64,000 nt of DNA from an uncultured Candidatus Saccharibacteria bacterium (GTDB taxonomy: Bacteria; Patescibacteriota; UBA1384; JAMDBS01; DAOVQR01). The notes beneath the pieces were generated by a model. It worked only from the letters and a program-made list of their open reading frames with translations. It was not told where the DNA came from and ran no database searches. Shown here in pieces: positions 9,745 through 18,823 of the stretch. The translations under genes and the position numbers were made by a program. The stretch lies in NCBI GenBank assembly GCA_964481135.1, contig CAYZSW010000001.1, positions 7,963 to 71,962 of the forward strand, given 5' to 3'. Within the stretch, counting starts at the first letter, position 1; each line of letters opens with the position of its first letter.

Positions 9745-9773
9745 TTGTCAAAGTAACTATTTTAAGGTATAAT
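9745..9773 (+). promoter_or_regulatory. sigma70-type promoter (TTGTCA, 17 bp, TATAAT) for the J-domain gene
   Basis: Hexamers and spacing read directly from the sequence. Confidence 0.5.
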
Positions 9774-9796
9774 ACTATTAAAAATTTAAGGAATTA

Positions 9797-10429
9797 ATGA
9801 GCAAAGATTATTATCAAATTTTAGGCGTAAATAAAAACTCGTCTGCCGAAGAAATTAAAAAAGCTTATCGAAAACTTGCTTTAAAACATCACCCTGATAA
9901 AGGTGGGAATCAAGAAAAATTTAAAGAAATTAACGAAGCATATCAAATACTTTCTAATACTCAAAAACGCGCGCAATACGATCAATTCGGATCAGCTGGA
10001 TTTGAACAAGGTGCGGGTTCTCAAGGCAGTGGTTTTCATCAAGGTTATTATTCTGGCAACATGGATGATATTTTTAGTAATTTTGGAGGTTTTGGCAGAA
10101 CTAGTGATATTTTTGAAGATTTTTTTGGACAAGCTTTTTCGCAAATTCAAGTAGAAATTCCTATTAAACTAACTCAAGCAATATTAGGTACTAAAATACA
10201 ATTTCAGATAGAAAATGGTGAAACAATTGTTCTTGAAATTCCTCCAGGAACCCAAGATGGACAATCATTTAAAATGAGGGGCAAAGGTAGAAAACATCGA
10301 AAAGGAAAAGGAGATTTAATCGCAACCATAAGAGTTGAAATTCCAAAAAAAATTACTCAAGAAGAAAAAAAATTATACGAAAAAATTCGTGAAATTGAAG
10401 AAAAGAAAAAATCTTGGAAATTTTGGTAA
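9797..10429 (+). CDS. dnaJ: J-domain co-chaperone (DnaJ-like, no zinc-finger domain)
   Basis: YYQILGV...HPDK J-domain, G/F-rich linker, truncated C-terminal domain; 210 aa, with no CxxCxGxG repeats. Confidence 0.8.
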   Translation: MSKDYYQILGVNKNSSAEEIKKAYRKLALKHHPDKGGNQEKFKEINEAYQILSNTQKRAQYDQFGSAGFEQGAGSQGSGFHQGYYSGNMDDIFSNFGGFGRTSDIFEDFFGQAFSQIQVEIPIKLTQAILGTKIQFQIENGETIVLEIPPGTQDGQSFKMRGKGRKHRKGKGDLIATIRVEIPKKITQEEKKLYEKIREIEEKKKSWKFW

Positions 10430-10467
10430 AAATAATACAATTATTATATTCATATAAATGCACTTAA

Positions 10468-10500
10468 TTGTTTTTATGTTTAATCGACATGTGATATAAT
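10468..10500 (+). promoter_or_regulatory. extended -10 promoter (TGTGATATAAT)
   Basis: TGnTATAAT ~50 bp upstream of the 10546 start. The same TGATATAAT form recurs near 19410 and 44680. Confidence 0.4.
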
Positions 10501-10545
10501 ATAAATGTTTTAAAAAAATAAACAAATTTCTAATTAGGGAGGGAT

Positions 10546-11058
10546 ATGACTGTTTTACCAACATGGGACCTTTTTATAACATTATTTTTTGTTATAGGTA
10601 TCGCTTACGGGCTAATACTTCAAAAAGATAAAACAATTTTAACAATTATATCAACTTATGCTGCTCTTATAGTAGTAAATGCAATTGCTCCAACAATTCA
10701 AAGCTATATGGTAGGCGAACAAAATATCATGGGGCAAGTATTTATAAAAAGTAATACTAATCTATTTACCATTAAGTCAGTAATATTTATCCTAATAATT
10801 GCACTAGTTTCCACAAAAAGTGGACTTTCTGGTAAAGACACTGGCGGCGTACTCTCTCCAATAGAGCTTTTTGCTTATAGTTTTTTTAGTACAATGCTAG
10901 TAATTGCCTCTATCTTCAGTTTTATGACTGTTGAAACGCGTACTGGTTTTGCTGCAAGTTCGAAAATTGCTTCGCTTATTATGCAGTACGAAGTCTGGTG
11001 GGTTGTACTACCCGTAGTCTTGCTGATAATCACAGGATTTATGCATAAAAGTGAATAA
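10546..11058 (+). CDS. hypothetical integral membrane protein
   Basis: 170 aa, ~5 predicted TM helices, preceded by an AGGGAGGG RBS. Confidence 0.55.
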   Translation: MTVLPTWDLFITLFFVIGIAYGLILQKDKTILTIISTYAALIVVNAIAPTIQSYMVGEQNIMGQVFIKSNTNLFTIKSVIFILIIALVSTKSGLSGKDTGGVLSPIELFAYSFFSTMLVIASIFSFMTVETRTGFAASSKIASLIMQYEVWWVVLPVVLLIITGFMHKSE

Positions 11059-11080
11059 TTAATTTTTAAATTAATAAAAT

Positions 11081-11110
11081 AAAAAACTTGAGATAATCTC
11101 AAGTTTTTTA
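11081..11110. terminator. bidirectional rho-independent terminator
   Basis: AAAAAACTTGAGATAATCTCAAGTTTTTT hairpin flanked by A and T runs, between convergent genes. Confidence 0.75.
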
Positions 11111-11130
11111 TATAAATAAGTAATAATATT

Positions 11131-11892
11131 TTATCTTAATTGATTAAATTCTGCTTGGATATCAGATTCTAATTTATTGAATGTTTCTAATTCTTGCTGA
11201 GAAATAATTTTTTCTTGCAAAGAATCCATCTCTTTTTGAAATGTATCGTTTGCTTTATTGATTTTATCTTCAAATTCTTTTTCTTTAATTACATCTGATT
11301 TTTTAACATCAATGGCAGTAATAACTGAATTTAAAAATTCAATATAAAAAGTTGACATATCTATTAATGCTTGTTTTGATTTAGTAAACATAGCATCCAT
11401 ATCTTTTTCTTTTAAATCATCTAAAATTTTTTGTTGTTCATTTTTTGCATTTTCAAATTTAACTTTTGTTGCAGATAAATCTTTAGAAAAATCAGTTGGC
11501 AAAGATTTAGTTGAATCCTCTAAACTTTTTGCGATTTTTTCAGTTATATCAATAAATTCAAATAAATTATTAATTTTAATAATTAACTCACCAATTTTAG
11601 CGTAATAATCAAGTAAATTCTGATTTAAATTCTGTGCTTTTTGTGGAGCTTTTAGAGATTCTAATTCTAGTTTTGCATTTTTCGCTTTAGTTGATAGATC
11701 TGATCCATTTTGAATTTTTTGAGAAGCAGAGACAGCCTCATTATTTAAAATATTGCCATAACTATCTGCCAAACTATAAACCTCGTTAAATTTTGGTTCA
11801 GTCTTTTGCACATAATTTTTAGCTGTCATTGAAAAACAACCACTTAAAAACACAATTAGCAAAAAAGCAATAGATAATTTTATTTTATGCAT
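11131..11892 (-). CDS. hypothetical coiled-coil lipoprotein
   Basis: Signal peptide with LSGC lipobox; the rest is a K/E/Q-rich predicted coiled coil. Confidence 0.55.
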   Translation of the reverse strand: MHKIKLSIAFLLIVFLSGCFSMTAKNYVQKTEPKFNEVYSLADSYGNILNNEAVSASQKIQNGSDLSTKAKNAKLELESLKAPQKAQNLNQNLLDYYAKIGELIIKINNLFEFIDITEKIAKSLEDSTKSLPTDFSKDLSATKVKFENAKNEQQKILDDLKEKDMDAMFTKSKQALIDMSTFYIEFLNSVITAIDVKKSDVIKEKEFEDKINKANDTFQKEMDSLQEKIISQQELETFNKLESDIQAEFNQLR

Positions 11893-11915
11893 TTTATCTT
11901 CTCCTTTATTTTTTA

Positions 11916-12041
11916 TTTAAATACTAATTAAGTTTAATGCAAATAGAATTAAAACAGTTAAAATTACTATTAATAAACTAACAACAAATATTATTATTTG
12001 GGTAAAATCGCTTGGTGGTTTATTAATATTTTTTTTCATAG
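11916..12041 (-). CDS. possible 41-aa small membrane protein
   Basis: MKKNINKPPSDFTQIIIFVVSLLIVILTVLILFALNLISI read on the minus strand. Single TM helix, weak RBS. Below the ORF-track size cut-off. Confidence 0.2.
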
Positions 12042-12046
12042 ATATT

Positions 12047-12577
12047 TTACTTTTTAATTTGAAAACTAAACATTGTAAGTGAAATTCCAAATATTAAAGC
12101 ATAAACGCCAATCACCCAAACAATAAATTCTAAACTAATAATTGGGAAAAATAAAATTGTTATACCAACAATTAAAGATATCGCTCCGACAGTACTTAAA
12201 AGCCATTTGCCGATAACCTCTCCTTTTGTGGAAAAACCAACTATTAATTCCATAATTCCTGCAATAACTGCCCATATTGCAACAAAATAAATTAGTGTTA
12301 ATACTGTAATAGCTGGCCAAACAAAAATTAATACTCCAATTATAATCCCTAAAATACCATTTAATAAGTAAATCCACCACTTTTCATGATGATCCTTTGC
12401 TGAAAAAGATCCGATGATCATAATGATACCACTTAAAGAAGCATAGATTGCAAACAATACTACAATTGTTTTAATAGTAAGTCCTGTCCAAAAAAGTGCT
12501 ATTAATCCAAATAAAATCGCTAAAATTCCCCTAAATAAAATTACTCCAGAATACTTTGACAAATAATTTTTATTCAT
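12047..12577 (-). CDS. DUF308/HdeD-like membrane protein
   Basis: 176 aa, six short TM helices with the repeated small-residue pattern typical of the HdeD family. Confidence 0.5.
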   Translation of the reverse strand: MNKNYLSKYSGVILFRGILAILFGLIALFWTGLTIKTIVVLFAIYASLSGIIMIIGSFSAKDHHEKWWIYLLNGILGIIIGVLIFVWPAITVLTLIYFVAIWAVIAGIMELIVGFSTKGEVIGKWLLSTVGAISLIVGITILFFPIISLEFIVWVIGVYALIFGISLTMFSFQIKK

Positions 12578-12631
12578 ATTAATCCTTTCATAATTTTAAT
12601 TATAACAAAAATTATAAAAGTTGTATAATTA

Positions 12632-12660
12632 TTGACCAAAAAAAATATATCTGTTATAAT
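12632..12660 (+). promoter_or_regulatory. sigma70-type promoter (TTGACC, 17 bp, TATAAT) upstream of tRNA-Lys
   Basis: Hexamers and spacing read directly; ~55 nt upstream of the tRNA. Confidence 0.5.
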
Positions 12661-12715
12661 CATTTTTGACCTCATCAAATTGTAAAAAGAAAATTATTAA
12701 TCATGCACTCAGGAA

Positions 12716-12790
12716 GGGCCTGTAGCTCAGTGGTAGAGCAGGAGCCTTTTAAGCTCTGTGTCATGGGTTCAATCCCCATCAGGCCCTCCA
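12716..12790 (+). tRNA. tRNA-Lys (anticodon UUU), CCA encoded
   Basis: GGGCCTG/TA/GCTC-AGTGGTA-GAGC/A/GGAGC-CTTTTAA-GCTCT/GTGTC/ATGGG-TTCAATC-CCCAT/CAGGCCC/T/CCA. Complete cloverleaf with a TTCAATC T-loop and anticodon TTT. Confidence 0.9.
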
Positions 12791-12829
12791 GATACAAGCC
12801 CTTCCTGAGTGCATATATAAATAAATTAA

Positions 12830-13072
12830 GCCTTTTAAAGTCCGGCGGGGATAACTGTGCCAATCTGTATCATAGTTTCGACCTCGTGCCGTATACCACG
12901 ATTCTGTAATAACAGGATGTAATCCGTTTTACAGAAAGCTGTGCCCAGTATACGACGATTCTGTCATATTAGAACATAATTCAATTGACAGAAAGGAGTT
13001 TTACCGGGGAGTTATGCTGGTATTCCCATATGACCCTCCAAAAAATCACCAGAAATTTGGTGATTTTTTTAT
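12830..13072 (+). ncRNA. candidate small structured RNA: two tandem hairpin modules plus an intrinsic terminator
   Basis: Repeated units GTATAC(C/G)ACGATTCTGT(A/C)A..loop..T(T/G)ACAGAAAG, then CCGGGG..CCC, then the terminator at 13043-13072. No ORF, in a large noncoding gap. Confidence 0.3.
13043..13072 (+). terminator. rho-independent terminator
   Basis: AAAATCACCAGAAATTTGGTGATTTTTTTATT: 8-bp stem and a T run. Confidence 0.7.
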
Positions 13073-13223
13073 TGTATATATTGCCATATAAAAAATATAA
13101 TTAACATTTTGTCTAGTATTCTTCAACAGCTTTTCAAGCTCTTTCATATGCGATTTCAAAATCTACTTGCACTTTTTTAACTTCTTCTTTTGAGATTTTA
13201 TTTCTTTCATTCCATTGATTACC

Positions 13224-13295
13224 TTTTACTAACCTCCGGGGTTAGTAAAAGGTTTGAACCTGCAAATCTTTTGCAAACCCCGGAGGTTAGTAAAA
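13224..13295. repeat. 18-bp perfect inverted repeat (TTTTACTAACCTCCGGGG / CCCCGGAGGTTAGTAAAA) enclosing a 36-nt sub-hairpin
   Basis: Read directly. It sits in a ~400-bp stretch free of ORFs. Confidence 0.5.
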
Positions 13296-13473
13296 TCAGG
13301 TGATAATTTTAGTATTAGCAAATTTTTGAAGTAACTCATAGCATATTAGGTTTTTGCAAAAAAATATAATTACAAAAAAAATAAAAGACAGAATTTACTG
13401 TCTCTTTTTTTATAACCTATTTTAAAAAGTAATGTATAATATACTTAATAATAAAAATCAAAGGAGGTAAATT

Positions 13474-13788
13474 ATGGATAAGTGTTTTTGCAAAACATGG
13501 TGGGGAATTTTGTTAATGATAATAATTACAGGATTATTGATTTATTTTTTTATGAACATATCAAAAAATAAAAATAGTGATGATAATATTGATGCAAATG
13601 TATTACCGCCTAAATATTTGTCTCAAATGGAAAAATGCGAAATTTTTGGCGGAACAATTGAAAAACAAGATGAAAGCGTGGACTCGTGGCAACAACTAAA
13701 TAAGTGGCGATGTGTTTGCCAAGAAGAAAAAATATTCGATACACAAAGCCAATTGATGTGTAACAAGTGGTACGAACCAGAAATATAA
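13474..13788 (+). CDS. hypothetical small Cys-containing membrane-anchored protein
   Basis: GGAGG RBS, N-terminal TM helix, 6 Cys in the ectodomain. Confidence 0.45.
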   Translation: MDKCFCKTWWGILLMIIITGLLIYFFMNISKNKNSDDNIDANVLPPKYLSQMEKCEIFGGTIEKQDESVDSWQQLNKWRCVCQEEKIFDTQSQLMCNKWYEPEI

Positions 13789-13811
13789 TATCAAAAAATT
13801 ATCAAAATATT

Positions 13812-15086
13812 TTAGGTACCTTGTTGCCAAGAATTAAGATATTTAATTTGTTCTTGAGTTAGTTTATCTATTTTTATATCCAAAGCTTTAAGTTGAAGTT
13901 TAGAGATTTTTTCATCAAACTCATCCGGTAAAAGATAAACTTTATTTTCTAATTTATTTTGATTATCAACCAAATATTTACAAGCAAAAAATTGATTACA
14001 AAAACTCATTGCCATAATAGTTGAAGGGTGGCCTTCCGCAGCTGCTAAATTACATAATCTGCCCTGTGCAACTAAATATAAACTTTTTTTACCTGTAGTG
14101 TATTTGTCTAAATAAGGACGAATAAATTCTTTTCTATTAGAAATTTTTTCTAAACCATTAACATTAATTTCCACATCAAAATGTCCAGAATTTGCTAAAA
14201 TTGCTCCATCTTTCATAATTTTCATATGAGGAGCGTCAATAACATGAATATTACCAGTCAGTGTAATAAATATATCCCCTATTTTTGCTGCTTGGTTTAA
14301 AGGCATAACTCTATAACCTTCCATTATCGCTTGTAAAGCACAAAAAGGATCAACTTCAGTAACAATTACATTGGCTCCGAGTCCACTGGCTCTGCGGGCA
14401 ACACCTTTGCCGCAATTTCCAAATCCAATAATTACAACTACTTTACCAGCAAATAAAGTATTTGTTGCGCGCAAGATACCGTCAATAGTAGATTGACCAG
14501 TTCCAATATAATTATCCATTAAATGTTTAGTTTTAGAATCATTTACAGCAATAACTGGGTATTGCAGAGCTTTTTCTTTTTCCATTGATTTAAGTCGAAT
14601 AATACCTGTTGTAGTTTCTTCTGCGCCTCCAATTATATACTTAAGCAATTCTCTGTGTCGTGTATGAATTTCAAACACCAGATCACAGCCATCATCAATT
14701 GTAATTAATTTCATCTTTTTTTGTGCCATATCTTTCATAAAATTAATTACAGATTTAATATTTTGATAATATTCTTTTTTACTTTCACCTTTATGCGCAA
14801 AAACTGCAACACCTTCTTTGGCTAAAGCAGCAGCTACATCATCTTGAGATGAAAGCGGATTACAGCTAGCAATTGCAACTTGAGCCCCTGCATGTTTTAA
14901 AGTTCTTACTAAAACTGCGGTTTCTTTTGTAACATGTAATGCCATACCAATCGCAATGTTTTTTAGTGGTTTGGTTTTTTTAAATTCTTGTTGAACTTCA
15001 ATTAAAGCACCCATTTGATTTTCTGCCCAAGTAATATTTTTTTGTCCTTGCGGGGCAAGTTTAATGTCTTTTACAGAATATTTCAT
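13812..15086 (-). CDS. ahcY: adenosylhomocysteinase (S-adenosyl-L-homocysteine hydrolase)
   Basis: NAD-binding GFGNCGKG and catalytic-domain motifs; 424 aa. Confidence 0.9.
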   Translation of the reverse strand: MKYSVKDIKLAPQGQKNITWAENQMGALIEVQQEFKKTKPLKNIAIGMALHVTKETAVLVRTLKHAGAQVAIASCNPLSSQDDVAAALAKEGVAVFAHKGESKKEYYQNIKSVINFMKDMAQKKMKLITIDDGCDLVFEIHTRHRELLKYIIGGAEETTTGIIRLKSMEKEKALQYPVIAVNDSKTKHLMDNYIGTGQSTIDGILRATNTLFAGKVVVIIGFGNCGKGVARRASGLGANVIVTEVDPFCALQAIMEGYRVMPLNQAAKIGDIFITLTGNIHVIDAPHMKIMKDGAILANSGHFDVEINVNGLEKISNRKEFIRPYLDKYTTGKKSLYLVAQGRLCNLAAAEGHPSTIMAMSFCNQFFACKYLVDNQNKLENKVYLLPDEFDEKISKLQLKALDIKIDKLTQEQIKYLNSWQQGT

Positions 15087-15995
15087 TTAAAACTCCCTTA
15101 TTTTATTAAATATATTATATCTTTCTTGAATATCTTTAAAGCTAATATTTGTTAATTTATTAATAGAAAAATCTTCTGTACAAAAAGAAGCAATCGAAGA
15201 TCCATAAATAATTGCTCTTCTAATGTTTGATTCTGACGCATCGGAAGTTTTTGCTAAATAACCAATAAGAGAACCTGCAAAAGAATCACCTGCTCCAGTA
15301 GGATCAACCAAATCTTCTAAAGGATAAGCTGGTGCAGAAAAAAAACCGCGGTGAGAAAAAAGTAAAGACCCATGTTCTCCTTTTTTTATAATTACAAATT
15401 CTGGACCCATTTGTAAAGCTAAATGACCAGCTTTAATTAGATTTGGTGTTTTGTAAAGTTGTCTGGCCTCTTGCTCATTTAAAAGTAAAATATTACTTTT
15501 ATTAATAACCTTTACAAGCGAAGTATATTTTTTATCAATCCAATAGTTCATCGTGTCAATTAAAACAACTTTAGGTAAGGTGAATTGTTTTAATACTTTT
15601 AATTGCAAATCTGGATCGTTGTTGGCTAAAAATACATATTCTGAGTTTTTATGTTGCTCTGAAATATTTGGATTAAATGCTTCTAAACAATTTAAACAAG
15701 TTTTAATGGTCTGTGCCTCGTTCATATCATATTTATACTCACCCTGCCAACGAAAAGTTTTACCATTTTTTGTTAAATTGGAAATATCAATATTTTTTTT
15801 CTTAAGTGTTTGAAAATATTTTTCAGGAAAATCTTCACCAACCGCACTAACTAAAGCAATTGAAAAATTACTTGCAAAATATGATGCGCAAATTGATGCA
15901 TAAATAGCACTTCCGCCTAAAACATTTTTTTGTCTACCAAAAGGTGTTTTAATATCATCAATACCAATTGATCCAAAAATTACTAACTTTTTCAT
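15087..15995 (-). CDS. PfkB-family carbohydrate/nucleoside kinase (possible adenosine kinase given the ahcY neighbour)
   Basis: DPTGAGDSFAGSLIGYLA anion-hole motif of the ribokinase/PfkB family. Confidence 0.7.
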   Translation of the reverse strand: MKKLVIFGSIGIDDIKTPFGRQKNVLGGSAIYASICASYFASNFSIALVSAVGEDFPEKYFQTLKKKNIDISNLTKNGKTFRWQGEYKYDMNEAQTIKTCLNCLEAFNPNISEQHKNSEYVFLANNDPDLQLKVLKQFTLPKVVLIDTMNYWIDKKYTSLVKVINKSNILLLNEQEARQLYKTPNLIKAGHLALQMGPEFVIIKKGEHGSLLFSHRGFFSAPAYPLEDLVDPTGAGDSFAGSLIGYLAKTSDASESNIRRAIIYGSSIASFCTEDFSINKLTNISFKDIQERYNIFNKIREF

Positions 15996-16142
15996 AATAA
16001 TGATTAATACCTAATATTATCTGTTTTATTATAGCACTACTCTGTATTTTTCCAAACTTTTAATGAACTTCCCTGTGGCTTAAAGACCACAGGGTTTTCC
16101 CCGGCCTCGCTCCGCGAAGCGGGGCGGGCTGGCGAAGGGTGA

Positions 16143-16206
16143 TAAACTACCTCACGGCAAGCTTCGCGGAATTCATCCACTTGTCCGCCTTGAGCAAATT
16201 AAATTT
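16143..16206 (+). promoter_or_regulatory. conserved upstream element, copy 2 (ATAAACTACCTCACGGCAAGCTTCGCGGAATTCATCCACTTGTCCGCCTTGAGCAAATTAAATTT)
   Basis: Matches the dnaK-upstream element. Followed ~20 bp later by TTTACA, 17 bp, ATAATA, and then the 16295 start. Confidence 0.4.
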
Positions 16207-16294
16207 TTAAAAGTTACTCTTTACAAATCACAAAAAAAACAGATAATATAAATAACATCTAATTGTATTTTAAAAATTAAAAGGAGGAAGTGTT

Positions 16295-17374
16295 ATGAAA
16301 AAGCTAGAACCGCTTTATATTGGAGATTTGGAGATAAAAACACCTATCATCCAAGGAGCAATGGGAGTGCAAATCTCAACTGCGCCACTTGCGGGTGCAG
16401 TCGCTGATTGTGGCGGAGCAGGCACTATTGCCAGTGTGGGTTTGGGGTATGGAACTAAAGAAAATGAAATGAATTTTGTTCAAGCTTCAAGAGATGGATT
16501 GATAAATCAATATCATAATGTAAGATTGATCACAAAAGGAATCGTTGGTGTTAATATAATGGTTGCTTTAAGTAATTATCGCGACTTAATACAAACTGCA
16601 GATTCTTTAGGATTTGATTTTATTGTTTCAGGAGCAGGATTACCTCTAGATTTACCAAGTATTGCTAAAAATACAAAAACATTAATACCCATAGTTTCTT
16701 CTGCACGAGCTGCGAAAATAATAATCCAAAAATGGATGAAACAAAATCATCCACCTGATGCGATAATCGTAGAAGGTCCCCTGGCAGGCGGACATCTGGG
16801 TTTCAAATCTGAATTTCTCAGGACCGATCTTAACGATGTTCTGGAGGAAATTGTCGGTGAGATCATAAAAGTTGCTCATCAGGCAGAGGAAGAAAACGGA
16901 ATTCATCTTCCGGTTATCGCTGCAGGCGGAGTTTTTGACGGCAAAGACATAGCCCGTTTTATAAAAATGGGAGCCAGCGGGGTACAGATTGCTACCCGGT
17001 TTGTTGCTACACGCGAATGCTCAGTGGCTGATGAGTTCAAACAGATATACCTTTCCGCATCCAACAGTGATGTTTTAATTATCGACAGCCCTGTGGGCAT
17101 GCCGGGAAGAGCTATCAGAACATCTTTCATCGATAAAGTTACAGGCGGTGAAAGAATTCCCTTCAAATGTAATTACAGATGCCTGAAAACCTGCAACCCT
17201 CATACAGCTCCATATTGCATTGCAAAGGCGCTTTTCGCTGCTGTTCGTGGCGACATGAACAATGCAGTGGTCTTTGCAGGAAGCAATGTCTCAAGGATAG
17301 ATAAAATTGTATCTGTAAAAGAGCTGATGAATGAACTCATTCAGGAAGCTAACAAAGAGTTATCAGCTGGTTAA
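16295..17374 (+). CDS. nitronate monooxygenase / FabK-like FMN-dependent oxidoreductase (NMO family)
   Basis: PIIQGAMG...ST and GGAGTIAS at the N-terminus, TIM-barrel FMN-binding pattern; 359 aa. The 3' two-thirds is visibly GC-richer than its surroundings. Confidence 0.6.
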   Translation: MKKLEPLYIGDLEIKTPIIQGAMGVQISTAPLAGAVADCGGAGTIASVGLGYGTKENEMNFVQASRDGLINQYHNVRLITKGIVGVNIMVALSNYRDLIQTADSLGFDFIVSGAGLPLDLPSIAKNTKTLIPIVSSARAAKIIIQKWMKQNHPPDAIIVEGPLAGGHLGFKSEFLRTDLNDVLEEIVGEIIKVAHQAEEENGIHLPVIAAGGVFDGKDIARFIKMGASGVQIATRFVATRECSVADEFKQIYLSASNSDVLIIDSPVGMPGRAIRTSFIDKVTGGERIPFKCNYRCLKTCNPHTAPYCIAKALFAAVRGDMNNAVVFAGSNVSRIDKIVSVKELMNELIQEANKELSAG

Positions 17375-17379
17375 AAATC

Positions 17380-17420
17380 CAAACCACTTAAATAAAAATT
17401 AAGTGGTTTTTTATTTTTGC
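17380..17420 (+). terminator. rho-independent terminator
   Basis: AACCACTTAAATAAAAATTAAGTGGTT followed by a T run. Confidence 0.7.
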
Positions 17421-17457
17421 ACTAAACAAACCTATTAAATTGTAGTAATATATAAGC

Positions 17458-18000
17458 ATGTCGAAAAAAATTTCTGATCAGGAATTAGCTGAAAAATGTT
17501 TGAAAAATTCTGAGTATTTTAATCAATTAGTAGATAGATATGCAGACAAGATTCGTAGATATATTGCTAGAATTACAGGAAACTGGACGGAATCAGAAGA
17601 TATCACCCAAGATGTTTTTTTCAAAGCATATAAAAACATTGCCTCGTTTAATCCCCAAATGAGTTTTTCAGCATGGCTGTATAGAATCGCCCATAATGAA
17701 TCTGTTAATTTTATAAAAAAACATTATAGATTTAAAAATGTAGAATTCAATGATGAAATTAAAAATAAATTAACAGAAGACAACGAGGCACTTAAAAAAA
17801 TATTTTCTCTTGAAAATGTTGAAACAGTACAAAACGGACTGAAAAAATTAAATCAAAAGGATAGAGAAATATTGGAATTAGTTTTCTTTGAAGAAAAATC
17901 TTATATTGAAATTGCAGATATTTTACAAATGCATATTAATTCAGTTGGGCCAACAATAAAAAGAGCAAAAAATAAATTAAAAACAATAATTAAACAATAA
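17458..18000 (+). CDS. RNA polymerase ECF-type sigma factor (sigma-70 regions 2 and 4)
   Basis: Region 2 DITQDVFFKAY...WLYRIAHN; region 4 EILELVFFEEKSYIEIADIL; 180 aa. Confidence 0.8.
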   Translation: MSKKISDQELAEKCLKNSEYFNQLVDRYADKIRRYIARITGNWTESEDITQDVFFKAYKNIASFNPQMSFSAWLYRIAHNESVNFIKKHYRFKNVEFNDEIKNKLTEDNEALKKIFSLENVETVQNGLKKLNQKDREILELVFFEEKSYIEIADILQMHINSVGPTIKRAKNKLKTIIKQ

Positions 18001-18010
18001 TTTTAATAAA

Positions 18011-18736
18011 ATGAAAAATTTAAAAGATAAAATTAAAGAAAAAATTAAAAAAGAAAAGCCAAATCCAAAATGGCAATATACCACTAATGAAATTTTAAAA
18101 AATTTAATTTTAATAATACTCTGGATATCAATTGTCATAGGCATTGGAGCATTTACTTACATATTAATCCATTACAACCCGTGGACTAAAGTTCCATACG
18201 CTTTCAAATATTTTTGGAATAATTTGTTCGGATTGCCGTGGGAATTTATGATAATTCTAGGTATTTTAATAATTATTTCCTACTATTTAGTTAAAAAAAT
18301 TCATTTTATATATCGATTAAACAGATGGTTAATTGTAGGAATTATTCTTTTATCATTAATACTCGGTTACTTTATCGCAGAAAAAATTGGAATAAATCAA
18401 AAAATTGCCAATATTGAGCTAATCAGAAAAATATATCAAAGTCAAGGCAAATTAATTCAAACAAAGAGAACTGCAATTGTAATCGGATTAATTACGGAAA
18501 TTGATAAAGAGAAATTAACCATCAAAGACACCGCTGGATACAATTGGAGCGTAGTAATTGATAAAAACACAATTTTTCCACAAGGTAGTAAATTTTTCCT
18601 AGGAGAAATAGTTAAAATTCAAGGAATAACCAACAAAAATTCAATAAATGCAATTATTATGCAACCACTCAATATTAAGTTAAGAGGTTATCGCAAGATA
18701 AATTATAACCCAAACTGTAATGATTTAAAATTATAA
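18011..18736 (+). CDS. hypothetical membrane protein (positionally a candidate anti-sigma factor)
   Basis: Starts 11 nt after the sigma-factor stop. Short cytoplasmic N-terminus, 3-4 TM helices, extracytoplasmic C-terminal domain. Confidence 0.4.
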   Translation: MKNLKDKIKEKIKKEKPNPKWQYTTNEILKNLILIILWISIVIGIGAFTYILIHYNPWTKVPYAFKYFWNNLFGLPWEFMIILGILIIISYYLVKKIHFIYRLNRWLIVGIILLSLILGYFIAEKIGINQKIANIELIRKIYQSQGKLIQTKRTAIVIGLITEIDKEKLTIKDTAGYNWSVVIDKNTIFPQGSKFFLGEIVKIQGITNKNSINAIIMQPLNIKLRGYRKINYNPNCNDLKL

Positions 18737-18823
18737 TGTACGAAAATTTTTATAATGTTGTAGTATTTTATGCAAGTCTGGGCAACAATGTTTAAAAATT
18801 AATAAAAAAACAAAAGGATTTTT

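Noticed and set aside
12675-12909. ORFs 12675..12863 (-) and 12703..12909 (+) from the six-frame track
   Set aside because: Both run straight through the tRNA-Lys gene and its flanking inverted repeat, so they are translation artefacts of structured RNA.
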